Origin: Bdellovibrionales bacterium
GTDB lineage: Bacteria; Bdellovibrionota; Bdellovibrionia; Bdellovibrionales; JAGQZY01
Direction of reading: 5' to 3'
Assembly: GCA_031426555.1 (NCBI GenBank)
Contig: JANPLN010000062.1
Location: 1-64,000 of the forward strand
Length of the DNA: 64,000 nt
The translations under genes were made by a program, and so were the position numbers. The notes below the pieces were generated by a model. That model saw only the letters and a program-made list of their open reading frames with translations. It was not told the DNA's origin and made no database searches. The first letter of the stretch is position 1. Every line of letters begins with the position of its first letter. Positions 1-9,539 of the stretch are shown one piece after another.

Positions 1-343
1 CGACAACTGCCAAAGCCAAGTCCTCTCTGTACATTTCGTTGGAAGTTGGGTTTTGGTGATCGAGTATTTTTCTCGGTATATAAGAGTAGAGAACTTTGGT
101 CACAGCATAGCGAGTCTCTGATAAGCCGATTGAAAAGTACGCTGTCCTTACCTCACCGTGATAGGAGACACAATGGAGAGCCGTAAGTACTAAATTCTGG
201 GCAACGAGAACTCCGTTACAATTTTGCTGTCCCATTTTTTCACCATCACTGGTATCCATAATAATTCTCCCCACTGATTGGGAAAAATCAGCAAAAGAAA
301 TACTTGCGATAGATAATAAAATTGCGCATAAAATAAATTTCAT
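1..343 (-). CDS. Secreted trypsin-like (S1) serine protease, 5' part (runs off the window)
   Basis: Hand translation MKFILCAILLSIASISFA...CNGVLVAQNLVLTALHC...DLALAVV: signal peptide, catalytic His motif (TAxHC) and Asp motif (DLAL). Not in the ORF track. Confidence 0.8.
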   Translation of the reverse strand, partial: MKFILCAILLSIASISFADFSQSVGRIIMDTSDGEKMGQQNCNGVLVAQNLVLTALHCVSYHGEVRTAYFSIGLSETRYAVTKVLYSYIPRKILDHQNPTSNEMYREDLALAVV

Positions 344-369
344 AAATAAATCCTTATAAAAAACCGTAA

Positions 370-1038
370 TCATTTTCCAAATAAAGACGTGCAGCGAACC
401 TTAAAAGAGAAACTATTGAGGTAGTCGACGATTTTGGTTTGATCGTGGTACTGACCCGATCCCCATGCTTCTTGAGGTCGTTCCAAGTGACCGGTACCCA
501 TCACTCTCGAGTTTGAATCATTGCGAGGGTCTATAATTAACAATGTAGGAAACCCAGCGATGGCTTGGTTAAACGTGATGTTGCTTCCCTCTGCGAACGG
601 CTCAAAAAGCGTGTGCGCCACGCGCATGCCGCTAACGCTATCATGGGCATAGAGTTTATTGTCGATGGTCTCACTGGTCTGAACAACGACCGGATGTAGC
701 AAGTAGCGAGCTGATAACGGTGGATTGGCTGCCAAAGTCGATCGCATTTCCGCAACCAACGACGGACAGTATCCACACCAGGTTGCGGAAATGAGAACAA
801 GAAGCGTTTGACCACTGGCCGTTGCTTTTGTTTTGGCATCTTCGTACATGCCCACTTGATCCATGGAAGACCACTGAAGCATATCCTGCTTGGCCTTAAG
901 GAAGTTTTTTTCCGCCTCTGATGGCTCCTCTTCAGCCTGGGCGCAAGCATGATGAGCAGTTAGCAAAAAACTCGCGCCGATAAGAAATGGTGCTAAAATG
1001 CGAAACAACTGTGTAAATATCACCTGGATACCGTGCAT
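370..1038 (-). CDS. Exported thioredoxin-fold protein
   Basis: Signal peptide, ISATWCGYC CxxC motif, GFPT cis-Pro motif. Confidence 0.75.
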   Translation of the reverse strand: MHGIQVIFTQLFRILAPFLIGASFLLTAHHACAQAEEEPSEAEKNFLKAKQDMLQWSSMDQVGMYEDAKTKATASGQTLLVLISATWCGYCPSLVAEMRSTLAANPPLSARYLLHPVVVQTSETIDNKLYAHDSVSGMRVAHTLFEPFAEGSNITFNQAIAGFPTLLIIDPRNDSNSRVMGTGHLERPQEAWGSGQYHDQTKIVDYLNSFSFKVRCTSLFGK

Positions 1039-1103
1039 ACAGAACTTCCTCGTGGATTAGAGATCTATTCTCTTTGAGGAATCCAATTTCCGTGCCATTA
1101 CCC

Positions 1104-2354
1104 TCAGAAATAAAAACCACGGATGACTACGCCGAACCGCTCATCGCGAAAGTTGTAACCAATGTGGAGGTGCATTACGGATAAGCTCACCATGGGAACA
1201 TTCTGAATGTATCCCGCATTGACCGCAAATAATCCGCGCTCAAGGATGTCGTAGAACGTATAAAGTGAGCCAAAAAACTTTGTCTCTTTTTGGAGTTGAT
1301 TGAGTAGCATACCCCCTTCACTGGCAACACCAAAATTGGGCACAAAAAATCTCTTGGTAGCACCAATGGTGAGACCTGGATCAAAACTCGTATCGCGCAC
1401 CTGCACATTGGAATAATTGCCATAAGCGTCTTTCAGGTAGCTAATATTTTTGTTGGTAACTCCAAAAATCGATCCGTCGATGTTGAAATCCCGCGTTTCT
1501 GATTCGTAAAAGCTTCGGCGTAATTTGATGTTATAGAACGAACCTGCATCACTGGTGGAAACATAGGAACCACCCCATCCGAACTTGCCGATTTGACGGT
1601 AAATCCCTAGGCCGAAACCACCTCCTGTGACACCCCCCGAAGAAAACTGCGCAAACACCACCGCAGGTCCTTCGATTTCGCTTCCCCCTGGCTTCAGGGA
1701 ATCGTTTGGATAAAACAATGCTGTGTCCGGGGTCGATTGCGGAAGTTCTAAAGTGTTATTTTTGCCCTCGATAAATGCCGTCGCTTGTTCGCGAAATTCC
1801 CGAAACTCGTGAGAAGTTACTGGAAGCCGCGAATAAATGTCGGCGTCCCTCGATTGAAAATAGAAAAAAGGATTGTGACTGCTCGATCGACGTAAAAAAT
1901 CTTGGGCACTCACCATGGCTTTTTCGTTTTGTCCTAAACCAATGTACGCTCTGGCTTTTAAATATTCTTGTGCGGTAAAATTGCCGATATCAGCACATTC
2001 TTTTTGTGCTTCATCTAAAGCCTGCAAAGCGTTTTGGAACTCTGAGCTTTTTAAATTCTTTAGAGCCTTAACCTGCGCCTTGTTCACGCGAAAAAGGCTT
2101 TCGTAGCTGCAATCCGTGGCCCGCAGACTATTTAACAATTCACTGTCATTTTTGAATTCTCTGAGGGTTTTTTCCGCCAAATCTTTATCAGTGATCACAT
2201 TGCCGGAATGATCTCTCAGTACGGCTTCGGGAAGCCGTTGGCTTTCGATCCGAAAAAGGCCGTCAGAACCCGCTTCGACTTTGGCATTTTCAACGAGTGT
2301 CGAGCAACCTGTGAAGAGGACGTATATAGCGTAAAAGATGATTCGTTTTTGCAT
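1104..2354 (-). CDS. Lipoprotein with TPR-like helices and a C-terminal outer-membrane beta-barrel-like region
   Basis: Lipobox LFTGC; TPR-like YLKARAYIGLGQNEKA; amphipathic beta-strands; ends in aromatic GFYF. Confidence 0.55.
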   Translation of the reverse strand: MQKRIIFYAIYVLFTGCSTLVENAKVEAGSDGLFRIESQRLPEAVLRDHSGNVITDKDLAEKTLREFKNDSELLNSLRATDCSYESLFRVNKAQVKALKNLKSSEFQNALQALDEAQKECADIGNFTAQEYLKARAYIGLGQNEKAMVSAQDFLRRSSSHNPFFYFQSRDADIYSRLPVTSHEFREFREQATAFIEGKNNTLELPQSTPDTALFYPNDSLKPGGSEIEGPAVVFAQFSSGGVTGGGFGLGIYRQIGKFGWGGSYVSTSDAGSFYNIKLRRSFYESETRDFNIDGSIFGVTNKNISYLKDAYGNYSNVQVRDTSFDPGLTIGATKRFFVPNFGVASEGGMLLNQLQKETKFFGSLYTFYDILERGLFAVNAGYIQNVPMVSLSVMHLHIGYNFRDERFGVVIRGFYF

Positions 2355-2641
2355 AGACCTCTTCGCAGCCCATTAGGTACGAACATTTCAGATTTTTTGC
2401 TAAAGGAAAATGATATTGAGCAATCATTACATGGGCTGCTGCTGCCGCGGATGCTGCGAAAGCAAACCATGGAGCCCAGATGTCGAGACCTCAAAGAATG
2501 GGTTATTCTTTAATAGGGGTTTTTCGTGGGGTGCTCGGAATTCTTTACAAGAATGTCGAGGTTTTAAAGTTCGTGATCATCGATTAACGGACTGTAAACT
2601 TGAGCAGGCGTTTTAATACAGTTTGATTTTTAGAACGTATT

Positions 2642-3049
2642 TTAATCTTCAGACGTTATACAAGTCGACTTCTTCTCTCTGGAGTCTCTAATAAGCCATA
2701 TCTTCATATTACTTAAGGAACTCACACCCATCCAAGCTGTCTGAATTAAGTTTAGGCAAGCTGGAGAAACGTTTTCTATTATCGCAGGAGTCCCACTTTT
2801 GTAAGAAGAATCATACGACTGATGAAGCCACGGTACGGCAACTGACCCGTTAATTTTTCCATCATTTTCTTCAAGAGTTACATAGGAGATTCTTTTAATG
2901 TAGAATCCAACTCTATATTGATCAGAAAATGTCTTAGTTTCTGATGCGACAACTCTTGCTGGCTCTGCAGAATTTGCTTGTTTAGACGGGATCGACGAAC
3001 AGCCCGCAGAAAAATAAACAAAAAACAAAACAAAAAAGACATTTTTCAT
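2642..3049 (-). CDS. Hypothetical lipoprotein
   Basis: MKNVFF...FSAGC lipobox; GAGG RBS upstream; AT-rich. Confidence 0.6.
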   Translation of the reverse strand: MKNVFFVLFFVYFSAGCSSIPSKQANSAEPARVVASETKTFSDQYRVGFYIKRISYVTLEENDGKINGSVAVPWLHQSYDSSYKSGTPAIIENVSPACLNLIQTAWMGVSSLSNMKIWLIRDSREKKSTCITSED

Positions 3050-3334
3050 AACCACCTCTGTTTTTATTTTCTATAATTAAGAAAAATAATACTAGTAACT
3101 GGATTTAATCTGGATGTTCGACTAGTGATTATCAATATGACGGTTTCATCTAAAAAGAATTTTTTGTAGTGATTTGGACTACATTAGAAACATATCCATA
3201 CCCCATATGAAATAACCCCGTAACCCAAGACCTCGCCCGTCTACGAAAGAAGTGCCAATATTTTATGGGCATCATCTAATTTGATGCGAACGGAAAACAC
3301 CCGTTGCGCTTGCGAGCACCGGATTGACGCGCGC

Positions 3335-3356
3335 TTACTGTCGCTGCGACAGTGAA
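3335..3356. repeat. Short palindrome (ACTGYCG-N3-CGRCAGT family) downstream of aspS
   Basis: ttactgtcgc-t-gcgacagtgaa; related copies at 8157-8181, 9486-9507, 9514-9532. Confidence 0.6.
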
Positions 3357-3465
3357 ACTGACCTTGCGGGTTTTGAGTAGCCTTCATTTATCGTTAACGA
3401 AGCGATCGTCACAGGCAGAACGAACGAGGACAAGAGGTCGCGTCCCAAAAGACGGAAACATTTCT

Positions 3466-5259
3466 CTAGGCGTCTTTGTTCTCTTTCGTATTCAGACGTA
3501 TTCCGAGTTCCAACAGCTGATGGCGGTCCACTACACTTGGAGACTCGGACATCAAGCACTGCGCTTTTGCGGTTTTTGGAAAGGCAATGACGTCGCGAAT
3601 GGCATCGGTATTACACAGAATCATGATCAAGCGATCCACTCCCCAGGCAATACCACCGTGCGGAGGCGTGCCGTAGCTGAGGGCTTCGATAAAATAGCCA
3701 AACTTAGTTTTCGCATCTTCTGCCGACAGACCTAAAGATTTAAACATCATGCTTTGCACTTCGGAGTTGTGAATACGAATACTGCCGCCAGCGATTTCGT
3801 AACCGTTACAAACGAGATCGTAGGCTTTGGCTAAGGCTTTTCCGAGACCTTCGTTATCCCCGTTTTGCAAATACTGAACGTGTTCATCCTTCGGCATTGT
3901 AAACGGATGGTGACAGGCCACCCAGCGTTTGTCTTGGGCGTCGTAATCGAACAGTGGGAAATCCACAACCCAACAGAACTTATCCACAGTGGTGTCGATG
4001 AGGTTGAATTGCACACCAACAGCGTTGCGAAGCGCACCTAGCGCCGACACTGCATTTTTAAAATCATCGGCCACAATCAACGCCACACCGTGGCCGTCTG
4101 GGCAAAGGCGCTTAAATAAACTCTCGAGCACTGTTTGATCGAGGAATTTATTGGCGGGCGACTGGTAGCCTTCGGCATCTTTTTTAATCCACACCAAACC
4201 GCGGGCGTGGTTTTCTTTTGAAAGCTGGGTCCACTTGTCGATCATGGAGCGCGAGACTTCGTCTTTTGTTGGAACGCCGATTCCGCGGACCGTTCCGCCG
4301 CGCTCTAAGGTTTCGGTGAAAACTTTGAAGGGCACGGTTTTTACCAAGTCGCCGCAGTCTTTGATTTCGATGGGATTGCGAAGATCTGGCTTATCAGATC
4401 CAAAACGATTCATCACATCTTGATAGGTGTAGGTTGGAATTTCGGGAACATCACGGCCACGGAACTCTTTCCAGATCTCTCGCAGCAAGGCTTCGTTCAC
4501 TCGGCGAACATCGTCTTCATCCACAAAGCTCATTTCGATATCTATTTGGCTAAACTCGGGCTGACGATCGGCGCGCAAGTCTTCGTCGCGAAAACAGCGG
4601 GCGATTTGAAAATAACGATCAAAGCCACTGATCATTAAAAGCTGTTTTAGCGTTTGTGGGCTTTGGGGAAGTGCAAAGAATGTTCCTTGGTTTACACGCG
4701 ATGGAACCAGATAATCGCGAGCTCCCTCGGGAGTGCTCTTGTAAAGAATGGGAGTTTCCACTTCGTAAAAACCTTGGCCGCAAAGAGAATCGCGAACTTT
4801 TTTAACCACTTCGTGGCGTGTGCGAATAAATTTTTGTAAACTCTGCGAACGTAAATCTATATAGCGATATTTTAAGCGAACGGCTTCGGACACTGCTGGA
4901 TCGTTGAGATGGAATGGCAGCGGCTGAGCTTTTGATAAAATTTGGCATTCGGTGGCAACAACTTCAATTCCACCCGTGCTGAGTTTGGCATTTTTCATGC
5001 CCTCGGGTCGTACACGAACTTCGCCCGCAACCGCGATTACAAACTCACCGCGCACATCTTTTGACGACGCCATGCTCGCATTTTGCGGATCGAGAACAAC
5101 CTGGATAATTCCTTCGCGATCGCGCAAATCCACAAAAATAAGTCCACCATGATCGCGACGTGAATCCACCCACCCCATCAGGACAACATTATTACCGGCA
5201 TGGGTTTCACGCAGGTGTCCGCAGTAGTGAGATCGCTTCTTTGTTTTTAAAAATTCCAT
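3466..5259 (-). CDS. aspS: Aspartate--tRNA ligase (probably the non-discriminating Asp/Asn type)
   Basis: GWVDSRRDHGGLIFVDLRD, LPQSPQ, FRDEDLRADRQPEF, PPHGGIAWGVDR; likely start MEFLK at 5259. Confidence 0.97.
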   Translation of the reverse strand: MEFLKTKKRSHYCGHLRETHAGNNVVLMGWVDSRRDHGGLIFVDLRDREGIIQVVLDPQNASMASSKDVRGEFVIAVAGEVRVRPEGMKNAKLSTGGIEVVATECQILSKAQPLPFHLNDPAVSEAVRLKYRYIDLRSQSLQKFIRTRHEVVKKVRDSLCGQGFYEVETPILYKSTPEGARDYLVPSRVNQGTFFALPQSPQTLKQLLMISGFDRYFQIARCFRDEDLRADRQPEFSQIDIEMSFVDEDDVRRVNEALLREIWKEFRGRDVPEIPTYTYQDVMNRFGSDKPDLRNPIEIKDCGDLVKTVPFKVFTETLERGGTVRGIGVPTKDEVSRSMIDKWTQLSKENHARGLVWIKKDAEGYQSPANKFLDQTVLESLFKRLCPDGHGVALIVADDFKNAVSALGALRNAVGVQFNLIDTTVDKFCWVVDFPLFDYDAQDKRWVACHHPFTMPKDEHVQYLQNGDNEGLGKALAKAYDLVCNGYEIAGGSIRIHNSEVQSMMFKSLGLSAEDAKTKFGYFIEALSYGTPPHGGIAWGVDRLIMILCNTDAIRDVIAFPKTAKAQCLMSESPSVVDRHQLLELGIRLNTKENKDA

Positions 5260-5336
5260 AGAATCCCCTAGTTTAGAGCCGTGCATAGTAACGGCAGAGG
5301 CCTGGAGAGTAAACAATCTGTTGGTTTTTAAAGCGG

Positions 5337-5365
5337 TTGACACGCCCCAGCCTGGAGACTATTTT
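5337..5365 (+). promoter_or_regulatory. Sigma70-type promoter; probably leaderless transcript
   Basis: TTGACA-17-TATTTT, with ATG 7 nt downstream. Confidence 0.6.
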
Positions 5366-5372
5366 CTCCCCC

Positions 5373-5678
5373 ATGGCAAAAGTAAATGTTGATGTTAATT
5401 CCAAATTCAATGCCCAAGACACCTTCGCTAAGATCAAGACCTTTTTTGGTGAAAATAGCGAGATTCTAAAATTCGACGCTCAAATGACCAGCTCCTTCGA
5501 CGATGGCCAGCTTTCGGGAACTGCCAAGGGCAGCAAGTTTGCGGCCGACATTAAGGTCAACTCCCAAGGGGATCAATCTGTGGTGAATATTGCCGTGGAA
5601 GTTCCTTTTTTGTTCTCTGCGTTTAAGGGGCAAATCAAATCGACGATCGAAAAGAAGCTGTCGTCGATGCTCGGTTAA
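5373..5678 (+). CDS. Polyhydroxyalkanoic-acid-system (PHA granule region) family-like small protein
   Basis: About 100 aa alpha/beta protein ending VEVPFLFSAFKGQIKSTIEKKL, typical of this family. Confidence 0.6.
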   Translation: MAKVNVDVNSKFNAQDTFAKIKTFFGENSEILKFDAQMTSSFDDGQLSGTAKGSKFAADIKVNSQGDQSVVNIAVEVPFLFSAFKGQIKSTIEKKLSSMLG

Positions 5679-5693
5679 GGGCACGCTTTTTTT

Positions 5694-6716
5694 ATGGCAA
5701 AAAAAAGTACCGGCAATAAACCTAGCAAAAAATTAGTACCTAAAAAAGCCTCTGTAAAGAAGCCAGCGAAAAAACCGCAAACGTTGACTGTGAGCAAACA
5801 AAGCACAGGGCGCAAAGCAGTTTCGGTGGCGGCCGAAATTGTCGAGCCAACAGTCACCTCCTACAAAAACTCTTCGGCGGCCCTCGCTCCGGTGGGCGAT
5901 ACTCTTTCTGCTTATCTGGCCAACGTGAATAAATATCCCCTGCTCACCCGCGAACAGGAAAGCGTCATCGCTCTTCGCTATTTTAATGATCACAACCCCA
6001 AAGATGCCGAAATTTTAGTGACATCCAATTTACGCTTTGTGGTGAAAGTTGCGGCTGAGTATTCTAAGTTTGGAAATAAGCTCATCGATATCATTCAAGA
6101 AGGAAACGTAGGCCTCATGCATGCCGTGAAGGAGTTCAACCCCTACAAAGGAGTTCGCCTCATTAGCTATGCGGTTTGGTGGATTCGCGGGTATATTCAA
6201 GAGTACTTGATGCGCCAGCACTCCATGGTTCGTATTGGGACCACACAAAACCAACGCAAACTTTTTTATCACCTCAAAAAAGAAAAGGACCATCTGGATC
6301 TTTTAGGTCAAGAGCCCACCGTGAAATTACTCAGCGCCAAACTTGGGATTCCCGAAGATGAAATTCGCATTATGGAAGAGCGCATGTCGGGTCGAGACAT
6401 CAGTTTGGATGCGCCGATCTCCGACGAAGGCTCGGGTGTTCGAATGGACATGGAAGCTTCTGGCGACGAATCTGTGGACGATCAACTGGCCCGCAAAGAA
6501 GCCCTCATGTTGCTGGAAGAAAAAATCGGCCAGTTGCGACCCAAGCTGAATGAAAAAGAACTCTATATCCTCGAAAAACGCCTGCTCGCCGACGACCCTG
6601 TTACCCTGCAAGATATCGGCACCGAGTGGGGCGTTACCCGCGAAGCCGTCCGCCAGATGGAAGTGCGCGTGATGAAAAAAATCAAAGACGAAATGCTCGA
6701 GACCGACGCAGAGTGA
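5694..6716 (+). CDS. rpoH: RNA polymerase sigma-32 (RpoH-like) factor with Lys-rich N-terminal extension
   Basis: SNLRFVVKVA, DIIQEGNVGLMHAV, SYAVWWIR; RpoH box TTQNQRKLFYHL; region 4 HTH. Confidence 0.9.
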   Translation: MAKKSTGNKPSKKLVPKKASVKKPAKKPQTLTVSKQSTGRKAVSVAAEIVEPTVTSYKNSSAALAPVGDTLSAYLANVNKYPLLTREQESVIALRYFNDHNPKDAEILVTSNLRFVVKVAAEYSKFGNKLIDIIQEGNVGLMHAVKEFNPYKGVRLISYAVWWIRGYIQEYLMRQHSMVRIGTTQNQRKLFYHLKKEKDHLDLLGQEPTVKLLSAKLGIPEDEIRIMEERMSGRDISLDAPISDEGSGVRMDMEASGDESVDDQLARKEALMLLEEKIGQLRPKLNEKELYILEKRLLADDPVTLQDIGTEWGVTREAVRQMEVRVMKKIKDEMLETDAE

Positions 6717-6719
6717 TTT
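6670..6719 (+). repeat. Direct repeat A, copy 1 (rpoH 3' end)
   Basis: 50 bp, 1 mismatch to 7570-7619. Confidence 0.95.
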
Positions 6720-6839
6720 TGCGTCAAAATCGGATCAAATCGCATCAATATTCCAAGTCAATGTAAGTGGTTATTTGTGTAGCACCTTTGTATGGTAGTT
6801 CCATTGTAACGATTATCGTTACTTCACAAAGGAGATCGT

Positions 6840-7499
6840 ATGAAAAAAAGTTTAATGGTTGTAGTTCTACTCTCGGGGTCGATCGCGTTTGCCGATGCAT
6901 TTATACCCGCTGTAAACATCTTTAAAAAAACCCAGGTCGTTCAACAAACAAAAAGTAGTTTAGTAGAGTTTAAAAAACAGGACGTTGTGCAGTTGCATTC
7001 CTTTGGCACACCAGGAAAAACCTATGTAAATTTTGCGATCTCCGAACAGCCGTTCTTTCCTAATATCAAACAAATTGGATTGGAGATTGATGCTTTAGGA
7101 ATAGCTAATTCGCTCTCAAGTCGTTACTTAATGCCTGAAGCGTATATCATGGATGACTTTAATCACGATGCCTTGATTTTTACAACTTTATCAACGGTCG
7201 AGGCGTCTCCGCTTTTTGATGCTACCATACTGAAAAAGTTGCGCCCTGAATCGGTTGTTAAAATGAAATTTTCTTATGAGATCGTTGAAGTAAGTTCCGC
7301 AGGACTTTTAAGTGAAAAAGTAAGCTGTTCGATCCTTTTAAAACCTGTTGTACGCCTGCAAATTGTAGAACCACAGGGGCTAGAAAACGTAATTATTCAT
7401 GCGAATCGTGCTCACAGCGTGCGACAAGGTGAAGCGACCATGGGTGCGAGCGGCGATGACCAAGCCGATGCGGCAAACTGTCTTAAATCAATAAAATAA
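6840..7499 (+). CDS. Hypothetical secreted protein
   Basis: AAAGGAG RBS; signal peptide MKKSLMVVVLLSGSIAFA. Confidence 0.7.
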   Translation: MKKSLMVVVLLSGSIAFADAFIPAVNIFKKTQVVQQTKSSLVEFKKQDVVQLHSFGTPGKTYVNFAISEQPFFPNIKQIGLEIDALGIANSLSSRYLMPEAYIMDDFNHDALIFTTLSTVEASPLFDATILKKLRPESVVKMKFSYEIVEVSSAGLLSEKVSCSILLKPVVRLQIVEPQGLENVIIHANRAHSVRQGEATMGASGDDQADAANCLKSIK

Positions 7500-7531
7500 C
7501 GATGCCAGTTCGCTGCTACCCCGGCAGCGAA

Positions 7532-7564
7532 TGACGCGGTTCCGCCGGTAAAGGTACTTGGTAC
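7532..7564 (+). repeat. Direct repeat B, copy 1
   Basis: 33 bp identical to 9540-9572. Confidence 0.95.
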
Positions 7565-7569
7565 TTTCT

Positions 7570-7619
7570 TGATGAAAAAAATCAAAGACGAAATGCTTGA
7601 GACCGACGCAGAGTGATTT
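7570..7619 (+). repeat. Direct repeat A, copy 2 (orphan rpoH 3' end)
   Basis: tgatgaaaaaaatcaaagacgaaatgcttgagaccgacgcagagtgattt. Confidence 0.95.
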
Positions 7620-7675
7620 GAAAAAATTCATTTTTAGACAATGATGCTACATCTCAAAACTTTAAAGGGGGAGAT

Positions 7676-8143
7676 ATGAAGCTTCTAAGTCTTTTTATTT
7701 GTGTTTTATCGCTCAGTAATTTTGCAAGCGCCTGCCCAGATATTTCGGGCAAATTTCAAGGCCGCTGCACCGAAACTTTTCCTGATCATCCGGAGCTTGT
7801 CAAAACGCTGGAATTGGGATTCGAAATTAATCAGATCAGTTGTGATAATCTAGATGTAACTATGACGGTTTTGCCTAGTGGTGTGTTGATGAAGGACGTT
7901 TTTGATTTAAAAGCTGGTAAAATAGTGATGATCGATGCTGACAATGTGATTCTCTATTCGAGCGGCCTTTTTGATGCGGATAGCTTCGTGGGGACTATTG
8001 AATACGTGTCTAAGAGCTCTTGGCAAACCGTCTTTACATTTAAAACAAAATACACAAAAATCGACAAAGCTGGAGTGCCCTACCTTTTGGTGCATCAGTC
8101 GTCAGAACAATCTATTATGGATTGTGATATTCCCGCAATTTGA
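7676..8143 (+). CDS. Hypothetical secreted beta-rich protein
   Basis: GGGGAG RBS; signal peptide; mature N-terminus CPDISGKF. Confidence 0.7.
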   Translation: MKLLSLFICVLSLSNFASACPDISGKFQGRCTETFPDHPELVKTLELGFEINQISCDNLDVTMTVLPSGVLMKDVFDLKAGKIVMIDADNVILYSSGLFDADSFVGTIEYVSKSSWQTVFTFKTKYTKIDKAGVPYLLVHQSSEQSIMDCDIPAI

Positions 8144-8156
8144 AACGCCTGCACCA

Positions 8157-8181
8157 CTTTACTGCCGCTACGGCAGTAAAG
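8157..8181. terminator. Palindromic hairpin between convergent genes (bidirectional terminator or REP-like)
   Basis: ctttactgccg-cta-cggcagtaaag, 11-bp perfect stem. Confidence 0.65.
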
Positions 8182-8206
8182 ACCGAACCACGGCTCATCG
8201 ATAGGG

Positions 8207-8563
8207 TTAAAAATTAACTAAAAATAAGGTAAATGGATATCTTTCTCCATCAATAGGTTTGAGACTTACATAGTTACCTTCTTCATCAGTTATCAACTGC
8301 AATGAAAATTCAGATCCATTTGAATCAGCAAATGTAAGGGTATTAACACCCTCGCCATCTTCAGGATCAAAATCAGTCATTTCGAATGATTTTTGTTGCC
8401 CCGATCTAAGGTACACGTCAATTTGATTTTTATTAAAGCATATTTTCTCAACAAGAGTCCCATCTAAAGAATCTGGTGCAGAAGCTATTCCACAGATTTC
8501 CGAGGCATGTGCTTGAGAAGCGGGAAAAATAAAAAGCATCGATAGTAAAAATAAATATTTCAT
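8207..8563 (-). CDS. Hypothetical secreted protein
   Basis: Signal peptide MKYLFLLSMLFIFPASQAHA; GGAG RBS. Confidence 0.7.
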   Translation of the reverse strand: MKYLFLLSMLFIFPASQAHASEICGIASAPDSLDGTLVEKICFNKNQIDVYLRSGQQKSFEMTDFDPEDGEGVNTLTFADSNGSEFSLQLITDEEGNYVSLKPIDGERYPFTLFLVNF

Positions 8564-8773
8564 ATAAACTCCGTTCAGTTAAGATTAACCTCTATAGCAT
8601 ATTTAATTTTGTCTGAAGGGTTCAAATCTAAACTTAACTAAATTTGTAAACTATTCCAAGGTTTTCGGCACGCCAAGTGGCGAAATCTTCTTATTAGCTC
8701 TGTTCGAGAAGTGCCACTGATTCAGTTACAAGAGAGATCATCAACGATCATGGCTAAAATTTGAATTATTCTT

Positions 8774-9184
8774 TTAACGTTGAACAATTTTTTCTGCGAT
8801 TGTTTCAGAAACTGCCGTCTCTCGATTCTGAATTGTTAAACTTCCGTTTTGATCGAGAACAAATCTCAATTCTAATTCAGCCTTCGTATTTTTATTAACT
8901 GCAACTATAGAAAGAACATTTTTGTTTAGACAATGAACCGTTGCGCTCACCTTGCTACCAAAAATCTCAATTGTTCCTTGCTCTACTTCGGTATCACCTT
9001 CGAAGGAAAAAAGGTTTGAAGACATCACTAATTTTGATCCTTTCTGTTCAATTTTCAGTGTCGAGTCCAAAGAAAATAATGAACTAATTTTCAAGTTATA
9101 CAAACCATCAATATCTGGACAAGTCTCAAATGCATTTGCAAAATTGCTTAAAAACATAAAACTCGTAATAAAAACCAACTTCAT
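8774..9184 (-). CDS. Hypothetical secreted beta-rich protein
   Basis: AAGGAG RBS before MKLVF at 9184; mature N-terminus contains CPDIDGLY, resembling the product of 7676..8143. Confidence 0.7.
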   Translation of the reverse strand: MKLVFITSFMFLSNFANAFETCPDIDGLYNLKISSLFSLDSTLKIEQKGSKLVMSSNLFSFEGDTEVEQGTIEIFGSKVSATVHCLNKNVLSIVAVNKNTKAELELRFVLDQNGSLTIQNRETAVSETIAEKIVQR

Positions 9185-9539
9185 ACCAATCTCCTTTACT
9201 TCCATACCTAATTCATTTTCATTTAATACTTACTCTCTCCTGAAATAGATATGGTCGTTGTAAAAAAAACGGAGCTGTTAAAAAAATTACAGCAAAGTGA
9301 GATTTTCTCGAGATAAAATCCAAGGTTTGAGACTCACCAAGTGCTGACAAGAGCTCTATAGACCTGATCAGCCTATGAAATAATCCCAACTAGCAGGTTC
9401 TACCCGCTCTATAAAATAAGTGCCATTATTTTGAGTTCAATCGCTATATTCATATACACAGTGTCCAGAACGAACACCTTACAACTTACTGCCGCAGCGG
9501 TAGTGAATGGACGTGCTGCCGTTACGGCAGTGGAACTCT

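Noticed and set aside
3300..3465. Possible 6S RNA or other ncRNA downstream of aspS
   Set aside because: Only local hairpins; no long rod with a central bubble could be built by eye
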